This document shows, piece by piece, positions 27,901 through 42,700 of a stretch of DNA of 64,000 nt (position 1 is its first letter; each line of letters starts with the position of its first letter). The notes beneath the pieces are model-generated. The model had not been told where the DNA came from, did no database searches, and saw only the letters and a program-made list of their open reading frames with translations. Location: contig OZ296656.1 in NCBI GenBank assembly GCA_965655095.1, forward strand, positions 67,332,001 through 67,396,000, written 5' to 3'. A program made the translations under genes and the position numbers. The DNA comes from Haplodiscus bocki (taxonomy: Eukaryota).

Positions 27901-30900
27901 AGTCCTTATTTCTGGCTCTGGTTCTGTTTTTAGGTTCGGAAAACTCTGCATTCTGGGGTTTAACCAAAGGAATATGTCTAAAGTTTTCTTGCTTTTTCCC
28001 GGTAAGGAGAACTTCAAATTCACAGGAATTTGGCCTGCAGTTGAACCTCACGAAACCAAGTTCCAAATTAAAGCCCAATATGTTGCTGTTTGTGTCCGAA
28101 AGTATAACACCATGCTTCAATTGGATGCTGAATCAATATACCCAAGTGAAGCTATTTAAAATGTTGAAGTGTCTGTCCAAATTTCTCATTTCTGGTCCAC
28201 ATTAGCAGAAGGTCAACCTCTGATCCTGGGTAATCGTGCTGCATCCTAATCCAAGTTCGGCAATGGCAAAATCGATTCTAATAAATTTTTGGATCAAACT
28301 TTTGCTGTCTAGCAGAATAGAACTTCAGAATCGCTCATATTTTGCGATTTTCGGTGATTTAGTCCTAAGGAAAGACCCAAAAGGGCTAAATATTTTAAAG
28401 GAAGAGTTTCTTGGTTCGCTGAAGGTGTTTTACCACTCCGGTGGTTCTATTTCTCCGCATCCAGTTGTGCGATTTATTTGTTCATCTAACGCTCCAAAAC
28501 AGGTTCTTGTGTATGGTATTTGCGTCCTCTTTAAGGCTACTCTTCAACCAAAAACCAGCTGGCAATCAATCGTAGATTTGCAAGTGTTAGAAAGTTGATT
28601 GGTGCAAACTGGTGGTCCTGATTCCAAATGAAAGACTTACTGAAATGCGGGAAAGAAGTAAGAAATGAGATTTTCAGGTAAAATTTTATAATCAAAGCGA
28701 CCTTTTCAAAGTTTTTTCATCGAATTTTTCCCTGGCACCAAGTAAAAACCGTTGACAGATAGCTTTTAGGGTAGTTGAAGACTTTTCGCATATCCTTGTA
28801 AAAGATTGGCAATCTCTTAATTTTCTCAATTGTCAAATAGTAATTGTTCAATTTTTTCACATTTTCTTCGATCTTTTATTTTCTTGTGTTCCGTTGTTAG
28901 CATTACATCCTGCACTGACATTGACCAGAGCAAACCTAAAGCTAATCGCAGCTCAAAAATTTTAAAATAACTACTTGTTGAAGATAACCCTGAAAGAGAG
29001 AAAACAACAGTAATTTTCTTTATTTTCTTTGAGAATTGTGCTTAAAGTTTACTGTAACCAACAGGAACTGCGCTAGAAAACAATCAAGGGCTTGTCAAGC
29101 TTTCAAGACTGAAGAAACACACAGAATTTACGTTTCGGGATATCGCGCACGAAGAACTTTAAAGTGAAATCCATACTGTTCTACCTTTCAGTTCTCACAA
29201 CAGGTCCTTTCTGATCACCCTGTGATCACAATTCAAACATATTACGAAAAATAAACCAGCCCAAAAGTTAAATATGTTCAAATAAATGTGAGCGAAAAGC
29301 AACACAATTCTGGACCACGGCAAATCCTCACCTGACCAGAATCTGTTGGGTGTCCAACTTTTCGTTTAGGATTCCAGAGATTAAGAGACTTATTTTAGAG
29401 GATTTGTGACAAGATGTACCACTCGCGTTTAGCCTACATATCCTTGAACTTGAGCCTGCCACTTAAAAAAGCGCTTCAACAATCATAGTTTTGATTGAAA
29501 ATTCACTTTGAGAAGAAATATCTTTTTTCCCAGCCAATTTTTATTGATTTACAGCTCACTGTAAAAAAGTTTTCAATATGAACTTCAATTTTTTACAAGT
29601 CAGTTATTGTCAGTCTTCCTCTATTTTTCTCTTTATGGTTGATAAAACGTTGCGCGGTTTCTGCATGTCCTCACTTTTTGAATCCATGTTGTGTGTTTGC
29701 CTGCTCAACAGGTGGCAAGTGTTCGGGTTTCACTACTTTGATTTTTTCATCGCATGAGTTTTTTTTTCAATTTCAATATTTGAACCGAAAATTTCACAGC
29801 ACAACCTTCTTGTTACATGTTTTTCGTAACAAACAGTCGCTTTTTTATCTACTGTTTCGTTATGGTGCAAACGATGACAGGAAAGATCTCATTCAAAACG
29901 ATAGATGACATAGAAAGTCAAAAAAATTTGACCCCATGTGAAGTAACGTAACTATCAGAAAATTAAGCCAATTAGAAATCGAAACACACAAAAAACACAA
30001 AAAAAATTGCAATGCGGAACCTTTGAAACACATTCTTGAGGAAAATTTAAATAGAGACATTGTTGTTTTAAAATTTTACCTTCCTTTTTAATTAGTTTCT
30101 GTTTTTGGTGAAACACATAAATTTTCAGAAAGTTTTACTATTAAGTAATGTTTACATTTTGTGTGGCATATAGTACTTACTACGGTGGTCGCACGGCTGG
30201 TAATAGGGTTGTTTTGAAATCCTTTTTGTAGAGCATAAGGAAGTTTGTAATGGAAAGCTCACGTTTACGTTTAAAACCTATGAAATCAACTTTGCAAGGA
30301 TTGATGTTTCTTGTAATGACATTGAAAAACGCGAAGTAGTTGCATAATTACAGAGGGCAAAAATCTTCCAAAAATCAACAAAGCAAGAAGCCAAACCACA
30401 AACCTTCTATTTTTCTTTGAAAACTCGATAAAAGAAAAAATATATACCAAAGAGACTTCCAATTGGGTTTCAGATAGTATTCCTGCTTTTTGGTAGTCGG
30501 TGGCTCAGCCTGAGTATCACCCCTGTCAATTCATCAAAACAATTCCCTTTCTTCTCTGAAACCCGACACAGTTAATAAGGTACGAAAAAAATACGACAAA
30601 CCGGGGGTGCAAAAATTTTTCGTGGTTTGCAAAATGACTGCTAGTCACCCGCAATTATAGTGATGAAACTCTGATTGCCTTGCTTTTTCATAGAAAGTTT
30701 GCATGGTGACAACAGAGGGATTAAAGAGGAGCTGTGACTTGAAAAACGTTTCTGGAAGATCAATGGTCTCTTCAAGTAGAATGGTACCCGTGAGAGAAAT
30801 GGTCTCGTCCAGGTTTTTATGATTGCTGCTGGTGGTTTTTGCTCAATTTTGAAAGAAAAATTTCCAAAATCTGCCAGTTTTTCGTCTTCAAGGTAATTTT

Positions 30901-31559
30901 TGTCTGTAATTCTGTCCGTGTGAATCGTCAAGGCTCCTTCCGAGAGGATTTTGGCTTTACTTCAGGTGATATTGCTATATTTCAACACGAAAAGCCCACC
31001 AAAAAGCAGCTTAATATTTCAAATTACCCTTGTATATATTAGTGCAGAATGTTCATGGTGAGAATCCTCTCAGTAGAAATTGTTGACTTAATGCTTCGGA
31101 GATGTCCGCGAAAGATCACCCTTTTCACGAAAAATATTCGGGGTTGAATCTTTAGAAAGCTCAGTGAAAGTTTTAGCTTCCTAACTAGGTATGTGCCCAG
31201 GTCCGCGCATAGTCCCATACTCAGAGTAATTCGGCGTCTAAAGATTCTCCTATTCGCTTCCTTCGAGAAGTTCATGACCTCGCTGCCAGCAGCAGTAGTT
31301 CAGGAAAACTGAAGAAAAATCGAAAGAGTCTAAAAAGAGTACCAAAGAGAGACCGGAAGCAAGCAGGAAAGGAAGCATTGAAGAGAGTGAACAAACAGAA
31401 ATCCCCAGAAAATCCCCGGAAAGAAAACAGTTTGCTCGAGAAATTGAGCTTTCAAATTTCTGCATTAAATTAACCAGTTATTTGACTGTTTCTGTCCGTT
31501 TCCTAGCTTTTCTAATCATTGGAGGGATTGCTAGCATGAACTTGGCTCAAGAAATGACT

Positions 31560-33120
31560 TTAATACCTACTTTGACGGAAAACTGTCAAAATGGCCTGTT
31601 GCGAAGCGACTTCAGGAGGCACAAAATCATAATTAGAAAAAATAGGGGCTGGATCCACAGAGATTTGGAACAAACTCAAAAGACTAACTGGAACTTTTCC
31701 AGATTAGTTCTGTCCGTTCGGACCAGAATTCGTAGAGTTTTTGCCGAAAATGTAAAAAAAAACAATCCACTCGATTTTTATTCCCGGTGGAAATTGAACT
31801 TCAGACTCAAATACGTTCTGTCTGAGACCAAAACAGACAAATCCGAGTTTGAATCCAAATGAAGAGCTAAGCAATTTTTTTTAGCTCAGATGGATAGTTT
31901 GCAATTTATTTGGATCAGAACTAAATTTCGATTCAGATTTATCGACAGTTTCAATGATAGCATTTTAAGGTCGAAGTTCGCTTTTTTCTTGGACATAGTG
32001 CTCCACTTCTGGAGTCCATTAACATCCATGAAAAATCTGGGTCAGAAACTTGCTGAGCAAATTGCAACGATATGTCAAACTACAGTCCCAAAGAAAAATT
32101 GCCAATAAAATTTGAAAAATGCACTTTTTTAGCTATACTTTCCGAAGCATAGTTTCCGGGTGCAATTTCAAAACTAGCACTGCAAACCCCCAAGTGAGCA
32201 TTACTTCAGGATTTAAAACCTACCATGTCCTCGCTGCTAACTTTGATACCGAGTGCAGCGAACTTGGAGCGTTTTGACCAAAAATTCTTCACATGGGTGC
32301 AATTACAAAACTTTTGAGCACAAATGGTATGCATGAAAATATTTGGGGGAACTGGCACTCATCTGCGAAAATTTACCAAAAGTGAATGCTAAAGAGCCCT
32401 GTAATATCGCAGACATTCAAATCAGAAAACTTTGCAGGCACAAGATCCCAGCTGATAGTGTTCCATTTAGGACCATTTTGAGACCGAAAAGAGGAACAGC
32501 GAAGTTTTCCCCAGTAAATTCCCGGAGTTTGAACAGTCAGTTTTTGCTTGATGTTTTGTAAACGACGGGCGCAGATGAACACATTGAGCGAAAAAGTCCG
32601 TTTGGAGACTTTTGAAAAAAAAATAGCTTGTTTTGGAATTTTAGCAATTGTTATCTGGCTGGTGTTGATGAGATTGCGTTCCAAGTGCCAGGAGGAACTT
32701 TTCAAGTAAGATTTGATTTCGGAGAAACTCTCAATGCCGTATAGCTTTTTCCGGAAGGTGAGTGAAAATGTTTTGATTGGTGTTGTCAAAATTGCATTCC
32801 ACATGCCCAGAAGCACATTTTTAATGTGAAATATTTTTGAAAAGTAATAATTATTTCAAACTTTGAATGATAAAACTATGGCTGATGTTGTCGTGAATGT
32901 GAAGTACGTGCCCGGAAGAACATTTAGAGAAAAGATTGTTGCTTATAAATATCAAGAGTTCATATATTTTTTGGACGGTAAGGGGATGTTTCCATAAGCA
33001 ATTATTGATCTCTGCCCTAAATGGAGTTTATCTTAACTAAATTTGGAAGAAGGATTATCACTGAGTGAAGCGTTCAACCATGGCTTCAACTTTCAGTTTT
33101 TCGTATTTTACCTGCAATTA
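31560..33120 (+). pseudogene. Polinton-like DNA polymerase remnant (N-terminal and exonuclease regions)
   Basis: KLNFRLKYVLSETKTD (cf. KxNxxFGxxLxNxE), a degenerate VxGFNS..YD region at ~32625-32660, and KYVPGRTFREKIVAYK...KGMFP (KGxFPY motif) at ~32900-32995. Confidence 0.45.
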
Positions 33121-33816
33121 ACTTCTCAAACACAATTACCCACGTAGCGTATTCAATTCTTTAATCGAATCAAAAGTTTTTTTTGTTCCGGGCTGTGAAG
33201 TTTTGCATCATTTACTATTTTTTCGCTGACCGTGTTTGGATCTTCCCGTTAAAACAAAGTGAGTCACATCAAGAGGTGAGAAAGCTTCTGAATATTTCAT
33301 TGAATTTTGACAGAGTTCTTGACTGGGACTTGTGTAGAAAAACAAACAAACGCTTTAATTTTCGTTGATGTGACTTGAAAAGAAGCTTGATAATAAAACA
33401 AACTTTTACGCAATCTGAATTACCTGTAAAACTCAATTTTACTGGGCCAACTGGGCTTCCTCACTTCTTCTTAGTTGCTTATTGTTTGGAAATTTGTTAT
33501 ATTTATAGCGTAGTTTGTGGTTAAAAACTCTTTTTAAAATTTATTTAAGGCTATGGATTTCATCTTTGAAATTGGTGATGGCGTAGGGTACGAAATTTGT
33601 GTATTTTTTCTATGAAAAACTAGTCTCTGCCACAAAACAATGAAAGATTGCGTGACGTATTTTTTGACAGAAACATTGCACATAAACTTCATAATTTTGT
33701 AAAACTTAATCCTCTCACAAAAGTCTCACCTTTCTTTCAAACGCGAATTCTTTAAATCAAAAAAAAGTTGATTTTAAAATCAAGGTGAAGCTCGTTTCAG
33801 TTGTTTAGGACCTATT

Positions 33817-35503
33817 ATAATGATGGATGACAGTCGTTTATGAAATACAACTCTTGCAGTACGTCTGCGAAGCCTGTGGATAAGCACTCTCTCAAGTAAA
33901 GGACACCCAAGGGTTTTCCATAGACTCAAACTAGACTGACACTCAACTAAACAGATCCAAAATTATATGTTTTTAGGTATTCTTCATGTAAAAATTACAA
34001 GCTGTTTACGTCGCATTCCATGTAATATTTTGTATGATTTATTCGTAGTGCATACGTATGACTTTTTGATATACTGACCCGGATTGGGACGGAACCGCTA
34101 CGGAAAAAACTGTTATTCACCCAATAACAGAAGCCCGCTCATATATTATTTAAGGTGATATTAATATTATAACTTATTCAAGTACCTATTTATATAGACC
34201 AACCAAATAATTTATAAGCGCAGTAGCTTCAGTGAAATTGACAAATATCAATGAGTTTGCATAAACAAAAGCAATTTTAATAGCATGACTTTGAAAGTGA
34301 GTATTTTTTACGTACGTGTTCCGTCGGTACTAATCTGGTGACGTCACTGAGATTTCATCCAGTCCGCTTTGCCACTATGCTGCGTTATTTTGGCCAAGCA
34401 CAGGATGGTTCCGTAGCCACTCAATTCTTTCTTAGCAGTAGCACTGCGACGAGCAGTGCTACCGGCGACTACGTAGCCGTTCCGGAACGCTTTGGCCAAA
34501 ATGAGGAACCAGCTAGTAGAGATAAGAAAAAAGCTAAGAAAAAGCCTAGTACTAATTCAAAATCATAATTAACCTACGCACAGTGAAGTCATGTACATTT
34601 TAAAATGTAATTTTGTATTTTTAGATTTATGTTTTTTTTAACTTTGATACCTTTTAAAAATTTTTTCCTATTAAGGAATACCTTTTTTGATCTTGTATTT
34701 GTATTAGTAATAGCTGTGTCGGAGCCGGAATGAGCACTTTTTTGTCCATTTCCGACGCATTAGACCCGTACTTTTTCCGTTGAAAAATGGAAAACACGCT
34801 GTTTATGAGGGAAGAAATGGATGCAAAGATATTTATTTCCCCCCAGAGTCGGCATATTTACTTTGTGATTATTCTGAATAAAGTAATTTTCTCTCTTCGT
34901 ACTTTGACTTGGCGTGTAAACAATTATGTTTCCCGCCAAGAAAAAGGTATAAATAAGAGAAATAGGAAGTTCATTTTTAAAGGTCAATGATAGAACTGTT
35001 GGGATAAACATATTGTCAGTTAACTGTATTTCCTAGATTTGGAAAAAATCTACAAAATTCAGATTTTGCAACTGTCGAAAGTTTTCAGTAGGAGATGGCA
35101 ACGTTGAGGAACCAGTAAAAGTTGGCAGCAGTTTCAAGAGAAACGCAGGAATAGATGAGGAATGTTCAGTCACAGAACACATTTGTTTCAGGAATGACTG
35201 AATGGTATTTTACACAAGTCTCAGAAGAGACTGAGTGTAGAGTTACTAAAAATTTGTCTCAGGATTTCAGCAGGACAGAGTCCCGCATTTTGGGTGCTCT
35301 GCCGGAAATGGACAATTTCCTCTTGAAGCCACAAGTACTGACATGCCCTGGAACCATTCCGGGAACGTTATGAAACAGAAATGTGGAAAACCGGGAACCA
35401 AATGAGGATCTTTCCCAGAATGATCCTCATCCTGATGTGGAACCCTCTATCTATCAGTCCCGGTATTCAAGTAACTCAGACTCACAAGAGGCTTCTCATA
35501 ACA
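33817..35503 (+). mobile_element. Solo-LTR-like segment (copy B) with decayed Gag-like ORF start
   Basis: Homologous to 19950-21617. Carries MATLRNQ*KLAAVSRETQE*MRNVQSQNTF...TQVSEETECRVTKNLSQDFSRTESRILGALPEMDNFLLKPQV from ~35095. Ends ...cataaCA at 35503. Confidence 0.6.
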
Positions 35504-35783
35504 ACCCAAGGTTTTTCTCACTCACGTCCCACATTACTAAAACTTCTTTGTAATACCTGAAGCTTTTGAGCCCACAACCACAAAGTTTCTGCGTTATTTT
35601 GTTGTTTCTATCTACCTGCTTCAACGAAGTTTTCAGAAATCTCTTTTCTAACTTCCTAACTAGCTTGAAAAAATTGAAATGATTAGCAAGAACTTCATTG
35701 TGGTACTTTCTTTGCATTACTGAATTTTTAACCCTTTTTTCTGCATAGATTTTTTCTGGTACATACTCTCTACACTTTTAAAG

Positions 35784-36760
35784 TATTGATGTTTTTCCTG
35801 TTTCCCTTACGCCATAAATTGCATTGTGGTTGAAATCCAAATCTTTTATAAGCTTCCTGAAAAACGCCATTTCACATTTCATTTTTTTATCTGACTCATA
35901 GGGGCAGTTTTTGTCTTTCAAAAAGAGGATTTTTTAGGTAACAGTCGTTTGGTCTAGTTTTTTTTTCTCGCAAAATATAACGCAAGCGAAAACCTTTTCT
36001 CTCAGTGTAGACTTTTGCTCCCATGATTTTCCCATTGTAGTTGCGTATTGCGAACTGCTCTGAAAATGATTCTCTCAAAATTTTCAGTATTACACGTAAA
36101 ATGCAGCTTTGAAAACACAAGCTGAATAATTACCGCTCTTTTCATTCTCATTTTAGTTTGCCAACTCCTACTCTAATTTAAGTTTTTCACTCACATAGTT
36201 TTACGCCTCAACTTGTCCAGTTTTGAGCCCTCGCCTGACTGGTTTTAGTTTTGTGAATACTTGAAACAGGAGAGGTTCTGACCATGACCACAAAAGTCCG
36301 TGTTCGAGCACCACAATTGCCAGTTTTTTTGAAATGTCCTTCAAATGTTTTTATGAAACTTTACGAGGAAACGTTCAATCATTTTTTGTTTCATATTCGG
36401 TTTTTAGAAGAGGTTTTTCGCACAACAATTTCAAACATGAACTTTTCGAGTAGTACCGAGGAGTCTGGTTCAAGTTTCGTAAAACTTGAACGTGTCGGAA
36501 AAACTGTAAACAATTTTTAAAAGAAAAATCAATTCTCCAAGTTACAAAAAACAATCAGTGTTGGCATGAACGATCACGTGCACACAAACAGAGAACACGC
36601 ACATACTAGAATAATAAAACTTTTTCCAAGATGGGAGAAATTATAATTTAAGATGAAGATTGAAAGCTTTTCAAAGAAGAAAACTTTTAATTCTTTTGAA
36701 AAGCGTTTTTACAAAAAGGGAAAGTCGCAAAAAGGGCCGGCGGTAGTCGACCTACTTGTT
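35784..36760 (+). mobile_element. Non-autonomous Helentron-like (HINE/DINE-type) element
   Basis: 5' sub-terminal tttttcctgtttccctt (35792-35808) pairs imperfectly with aagggaaagtcgcaaaaa (36716-36733). This is followed by a GC hairpin ggccggc-ggta-gtcgacc and a ctacttgtt end. Same layout as 63207-63800. Confidence 0.55.
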
Positions 36761-39429
36761 CATATCAGTTTCAAAATATTAGTGCAGTAGCATCCCGATT
36801 AGGTAAACCACTGCTGGCTCTGAACAATCCTTAACAATTCAGTGTTAAACAGTTTTTGGGTCTTGTATTCAATCCGTTTTCCCCCAAAAAACAGAAAACG
36901 AAAAATTTCTGACAAAATTTCAAAGTTTTTGAGTCTTCTTTTTGTTTTATCGAATGTTATACTTTTCTACCTAAACAACGCGTTTCTTTGGTCTTCAAAT
37001 TTTGGCTGCCATTTTTTCAAGAATTCTAAAGTTTTTCTGATTTGAAAGGCCCAAAATTGTTCTGTCAGAAGTCAACAGTTAAAACAAATGGTCTTTTTTC
37101 TGCTTCTTTTCATCAAGTTCTTCCTTTACTTGGTTCACTCAGGAACTCAAAAAAAACAATTAATTTAGAAATACTTTCGCCAAAACATTTGTTTCGTGAT
37201 AACAGCTTTGCAAAACTTCAAAAGATTTTGGTTTCTTTTCATTTTAAGACTCAATGTTTTGCAAAAACACATACTTTTTATCTCTTTTCAGGGTATCAGT
37301 CGAAAACGTTTGTTCCTATCGGATTGGCAAATTTTACAAAAACCATCACCTCTTCATTTCTGACAGGGCGAGATTGCCAATAATGCCTTTGATTCATACA
37401 ACTCACCGTTTTCAAAGTCATTTTTCTCAAAATTTAAAAACTTGACATTTTCCATCACAATTTCAAACACTGGTTCTTTTTTTGAAAAAGAGAATTACAC
37501 AAAAAAAACATTTGATTTTGTCACATCCGTCATAATCTTGATGGTGCAACAGCTGCAATTTGAGATTTTATTTTTGACACGTGTTCAAATTCAAACTCTC
37601 ACCTCTTCTGCAAAGCTGCTTGTTTCACTTCTAGAAAAATCTCAATCTTCGATTTTTTATTGGGGGGACTCTCCAAGAAACACTCCAATTCTTTTGAGAG
37701 CGTCTGGATCCCAACAGGCCGGAAAAACAATTTTTGTCGTCAACAATTAAAGATCTTTTTCTCAAACACGTATTTCTCCAAATTAGCAGCCTAGTTTACT
37801 CCATCAAGCACTCAATCGACAGGTCTATGGTTGAGGAGGTTTATTCAGTAGACAACTATGGATCTTGATCCTTGCCGGTGCTTACAGGTAGTCCAAAAAT
37901 GCCAAAAAATTGACTTTAGTTCTGATATTTTCCGATATTGGAATTCATGGTTCTCAAAAGCTTTTATATTGACTTCTCCCTCAAATGTTTGTTGACCGAT
38001 TCTAACCTGTAGAATATTCTTCAAATTAGATTTCGTTGATTTCTTTTTAATCAACAGGCTTCTCATAATAGGATGACAACTCCAAAAAGTGCAAATGTTT
38101 CAGTTTTTTGTCGATATTCACAATCACCATTTTCTGAAGCTACCGGATTGAATTTTTCCCATCAAGGTCTTGAGTGATAACTTTTTTTTGTCGGAATGTT
38201 ATTGCAAACTTGATGTTATATGTTCAATCCAGCAACTCTAGATTTTTCTGACGGCAAACACTGCTACTCTCGTTTTCGTCGTTTTATTTTCCGGTTTTGA
38301 TTCAAAATTATTCAATCAGTCTTTCTGAATGTTTACTGCAAAAATATTGTGATTAGCGTTTCTTATACAGACATTTTACTTTACCTTGCATTGCTTTTTA
38401 CTTGCACTTTACGAGAATTTTTTTATCTTAACGGCAGATTTTCTTGTTCGAAACAGTTTTCGGACGTTCGAACTTATACTTTCACAAGACCAGATTTTCA
38501 CTGGCTCAAAAAATGAATAGTCTGTCGAGATTCAGCAACTCCAAGGTTGATTAAAAGCCGTCGAGAAAGCTTTTTGGAGGTAAACTATTAAACTCATTGT
38601 TAGGGTATTTTTTTTCTTTTTTAACCTGAAACTTCCATGGAGAGGCAGAAACTTCTTGTAGCAGAACCGTTACATTTCTGAATAAAACATAAGTCTTGGG
38701 TGTCAAAACATTTATGCAGGGACCTCTCCATCAGCGAAATTTTCCAAATGTTCTCGGACCTTTGTTAACACTTTCGTATTTTTTAATACAAGTTAGTTAT
38801 TTTTTTTCAGAAAAAGGAACGTTTTGTTCCTGAAAAAAATTATTTTCTTTCGACATGACTCAAATAACTCCTCCTTTTCTAAAGTTCAAAAAATTTCGGA
38901 AACACTTTATTGAAAGAAGCAAACAAGTTGGGGATCAATTTAAAAGTCTTAATTTAAAAGCAAAAAGTTGAATCCAGCTCAGCTTTTTGGTGTGCACTGT
39001 CTCCACACTCCTAGTTTCTGCGGGGCTTAAGAACTGAACTTACCTCAGAAATATTTCTTAGTAAAGTTAGCATTCTGTTATCTCCCCATATTCAGTGACT
39101 GCTAGAAGGCGCCATTAGTAATAAATTTTCTTAATTTTTAAGCTCATTTTTTCCCCAAAAAACTGTAACCAATTCATAAATCTATATTTTAAGCAGACGT
39201 TTTTTAATTAGGGAGAGCGTGTGATTGAAACGTCGTTTCTTTTCCTTGCTATGGGTTTCTGATGGACCAGAGATGCGAAAAATGTCGTTAGTTTTCGAAA
39301 AAATTTTTTTGAAACTCGCTTTTTATCCATCGTTTCTGGCTTGATTTCTTCCATCAAGTTCTCAATCGACAGTTGTACATTCATGAAGGCCTATCCATCT
39401 CAAACACCATGATTATATTCCTGAGGTTT

Positions 39430-39900
39430 AATTGCTGATTGTTTCAAAATTTTCAAAAAAAAATTTTTGTTGATTCATCTCCTTTTTCAAACTCAAACTT
39501 CTCGAAGTATTATGTATAATCGTCCGACCAATAACGCAGTCGAAAGTTTCAGACTGTAAAAGGCGAATTCGATTGAAAACTTTGATTTCGCCTCCGACGT
39601 CAGATCCAAAAGTTTCAAAAATTAATGTCACATTAAGATTACTTCGATTTTCAGAGACAAACTGTACCAAAAAAGTTCAATTCACTTTTGTTTTTTGGTC
39701 AAAAACGAATTGTTGAGTATGAAAATTTTTTGAATGATTTCTAGCGTTGGATTTGTTATAGCCCCAAAAACGCCAAATCTTGCTGTTTTTGTTGATTTAT
39801 CTGAAATTCAACTGAATTTTTCCGTAATTACTTGGTTGAATTCTCCAATCAAGAAGTCAATCGAATGCTTTAAATTTCCGGAGGAAAATTAAAAAAATCT
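39430..39900 (-). pseudogene. Minor-capsid (penton)-like remnant of a Polinton-like element
   Basis: ORF 39428-39670 SENRSNLNVTLIFETFGSDVGGEIKVFNRIRLLQSETFDCVIGRTII resembles the ...I.I.CD.I.GS..NG...IL.SF...PG..I penton pattern. Recall-based. Confidence 0.35.
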
Positions 39901-40779
39901 CTTTTGTTCCCGGCATCAAATCTTCATGCTCCTGAAGTTCAAAAAGTGTTCTCTTATTGAAATATGTTGATTTTCAAGCTTTACTTTCTTTGTAGTCATA
40001 TGCATGATTTTTCCCATCAGTTCATCAATCAGCAACTGCCTCTTCCTTGAAAAATTGTGGATTGAAAACTTTACTGCCTTTGTTGATCGGGTTTATTTTT
40101 TGTTAATCCGAGAATGCCAAAAAAGGGCCATTGGTTTTGACTTTTTTCCGATAATCCAACTCGTTTCTGTTTATCTACTGATTTGACTACTTCCATTAAG
40201 ATCTCAATCGAAGGCTTCTTTTTTTCGGATTAGTTGAATTTAATTTGTTTGATAAAATCCATTGAATGAAAAACCCGTTGGTCCGAGAATGCCAAAATTG
40301 CTCTCAAGGTTGGTAAAAGCTTCTCTCCAAATACCTACTTCTCGAAAATTGCAATCTCGACTTCTTCACCAAGGTCATAATGGAAGGGTTTCTACTTCTT
40401 GAGGAGCATTAGATTTGAAAAGCACCGACTCCGTTCCTTGTTTTCGAGTCGAAGTAGTGCAAACATGTTAAAATTTTTATTAGAATGCACCATGTTTGAT
40501 GCAACTACAACTCATCCTTCTGGCAAACTAATGCTTTGAATTCTTCCATGAAAATCTGAATTGTTAGTGTAAAAAATTAGATGATCCTCAGACTGAACAA
40601 AGTCTAATTTTGTTTCTTAGGTTGGAATATTGATGACCAAAGAGCCTAAACGAGTCCTATTTTTGATGTCTTTTTGTCGATTTTCAAACTCAAGTTTTTC
40701 AGAAGCTGCTGGCTTGAATTTTTTTGTAAAGGTCACTGTTGCTAATTTTGTTTCAACAATGGGTGTTTGTAAAACTCAT

Positions 40780-42700
40780 GTGTTGTTTGTTCGCTCTATC
40801 AGTTCTTCGCCCCTTTGAAAAATATTACAGTGGGACTGCGCGTCTTCTTTTGGAATTGTTTGAAAATTAATGTAGTCAGGTGTTTTTGTAGTTCAAAGGA
40901 ATCAGAATCAACTTACCGCAATTTTGGGATCTTTCCACAGATATAAAGTTGACCTCTATCATGATAAGTAATTTACAGATTTAGTTTATTTGCTTCCAAA
41001 ACTGTGAAACTCGAAGCATGAGAATAGTCATCAACACTTTGTTATCCTTGAAGTTGAACTAGCTAACATGATAATCAGTTTTGAGAAGACCGAAAGGCTT
41101 TCAAATTCCTTAAGTTTACAATTTCAACACTCTCATTAACAATAACCGTTTTAACAGTATTTATACATCAAGGGTGTTCCCTGAGACTTGCCCTAATTTT
41201 TTTCCCACTGGTAGTCTTCTTTCTCGAAAGAAATTTCAAGTTCTTGCCTGTTATTCTAAATTAGAATGAAGTTTTCAATTGACCATGTCCTTTTTTCAAG
41301 TGGGTGTGGGTATCACTCATAGTTTCTCCTAAGTCCTTTTTTACATATTGCTTCTACAAACTCAACTGATATACTTGGAATTTCATATCACTCCAGTCAG
41401 ATATCGGCTTCTGATTAGATCAAAAATTTCGCTGTGTTTACATGACATAAAATCTGAGAACCTATGTTGACAAATGAGTGCGTTTTCTGGTGCTAAAGGA
41501 GAGTTTTTAGTTTTGACTTCTTATCATCGGAGATCTCATATCACCCTTTCGTAATATCCAGCACCAACATCATCTCTTTCACCAATTACATGTTCTATAC
41601 CCATGTCACAAAGTTTCGGATCTCTATAAGGTGGAATTTGGCAAAACGTTAAGCCAAATCAATTCTATCCATTTTTAGATAGACGATTTTTGTAATCATG
41701 AAGTGTAACATATCTATTACACAGTACCCAGGAGATATTTCTGGTAACAAGTTTTTTCAAATAATAACACAGATGGTTATCTGTCTTTTTCTCGTAAGTG
41801 TTTAATTTTTATATTTGTTGCTTGAAATCCAAATTGGAAAGTGTAACTTTTTAGTCTTTGATCCTAACTAGCCTCACTTCAGTATTTCAAAGATATCACA
41901 AGTTCTGTCTATATCTTAACTTTTGTGTAAGAACTTTGTAGTTATGGATGGAAATTTACTTCTGTTAGTTTGCTGATCGACCATGAGAAAGGGACTTTCC
42001 GTAAAACTCAAACTATGTGAATTGTTTCCAGAGAATTTTTTTCTGTATTTTTTTCCATTTCTGTTCAAGAAAACCTTCCTGAAGGAGAATCATGTCAGAT
42101 TTATTGAGTTTTTACACTAAACTTGCTATGGAAGCTTTTTAAAAGCTATGAGATTCTATAAGCGTCGTGAATCGGAATAGTACTGCTATAAAACTCTCAG
42201 TATTTTTTGGTATAACAGTGAAGGACCGGTCTTTGTCTGAAATATTTCTCCGATGATTAAATGAAAATCTTAGGTACTGAAAATTGAGAAGCCATCGCTA
42301 CGATGTATTTTTGCCTTGTTTAACCTTTTCATTATCTTCATAAGGTCTGAGACCTCTGAAGATACCTGTTTTGTGGCAGTGTTCTCAAATATAGTTTTTC
42401 ACAACATTTTTCTTTCAAAAGCAAGATGTTGCGTCTGTATTGCAAAAATTATCAAGATTCATGGGAACATCATAGTTTCCAAAACAAGTTCTCATGTCAG
42501 TTTTGAAACTTTTGAATCAATTATACACACTATTTGGTACTAGTTTTGCTGAGATTAAAAAAGTATCCGGATTTTTCGGTCCGTTCGTTTTAAAATTGAT
42601 GTGAAGAGTTTCATCACTGCCCGTCTGTATTTGATGATGAACGCTTTGTTTAGGATCCAAGTTCGCTCACTTTTATTTTGTAAGATTTTTCGAATTCCGA
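40780..42700 (-). pseudogene. Protein-primed family-B DNA polymerase remnant (Polinton-like)
   Basis: Minus strand, in the expected order: motif-A region (degenerate D.N.LYG...QxLPY at ~41620-41680), DDVGAGYY, KTKNSPLAPEN, DWSD, FTVLEANKL, and motif C VDSDSF at 40895-40912. Confidence 0.7.
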
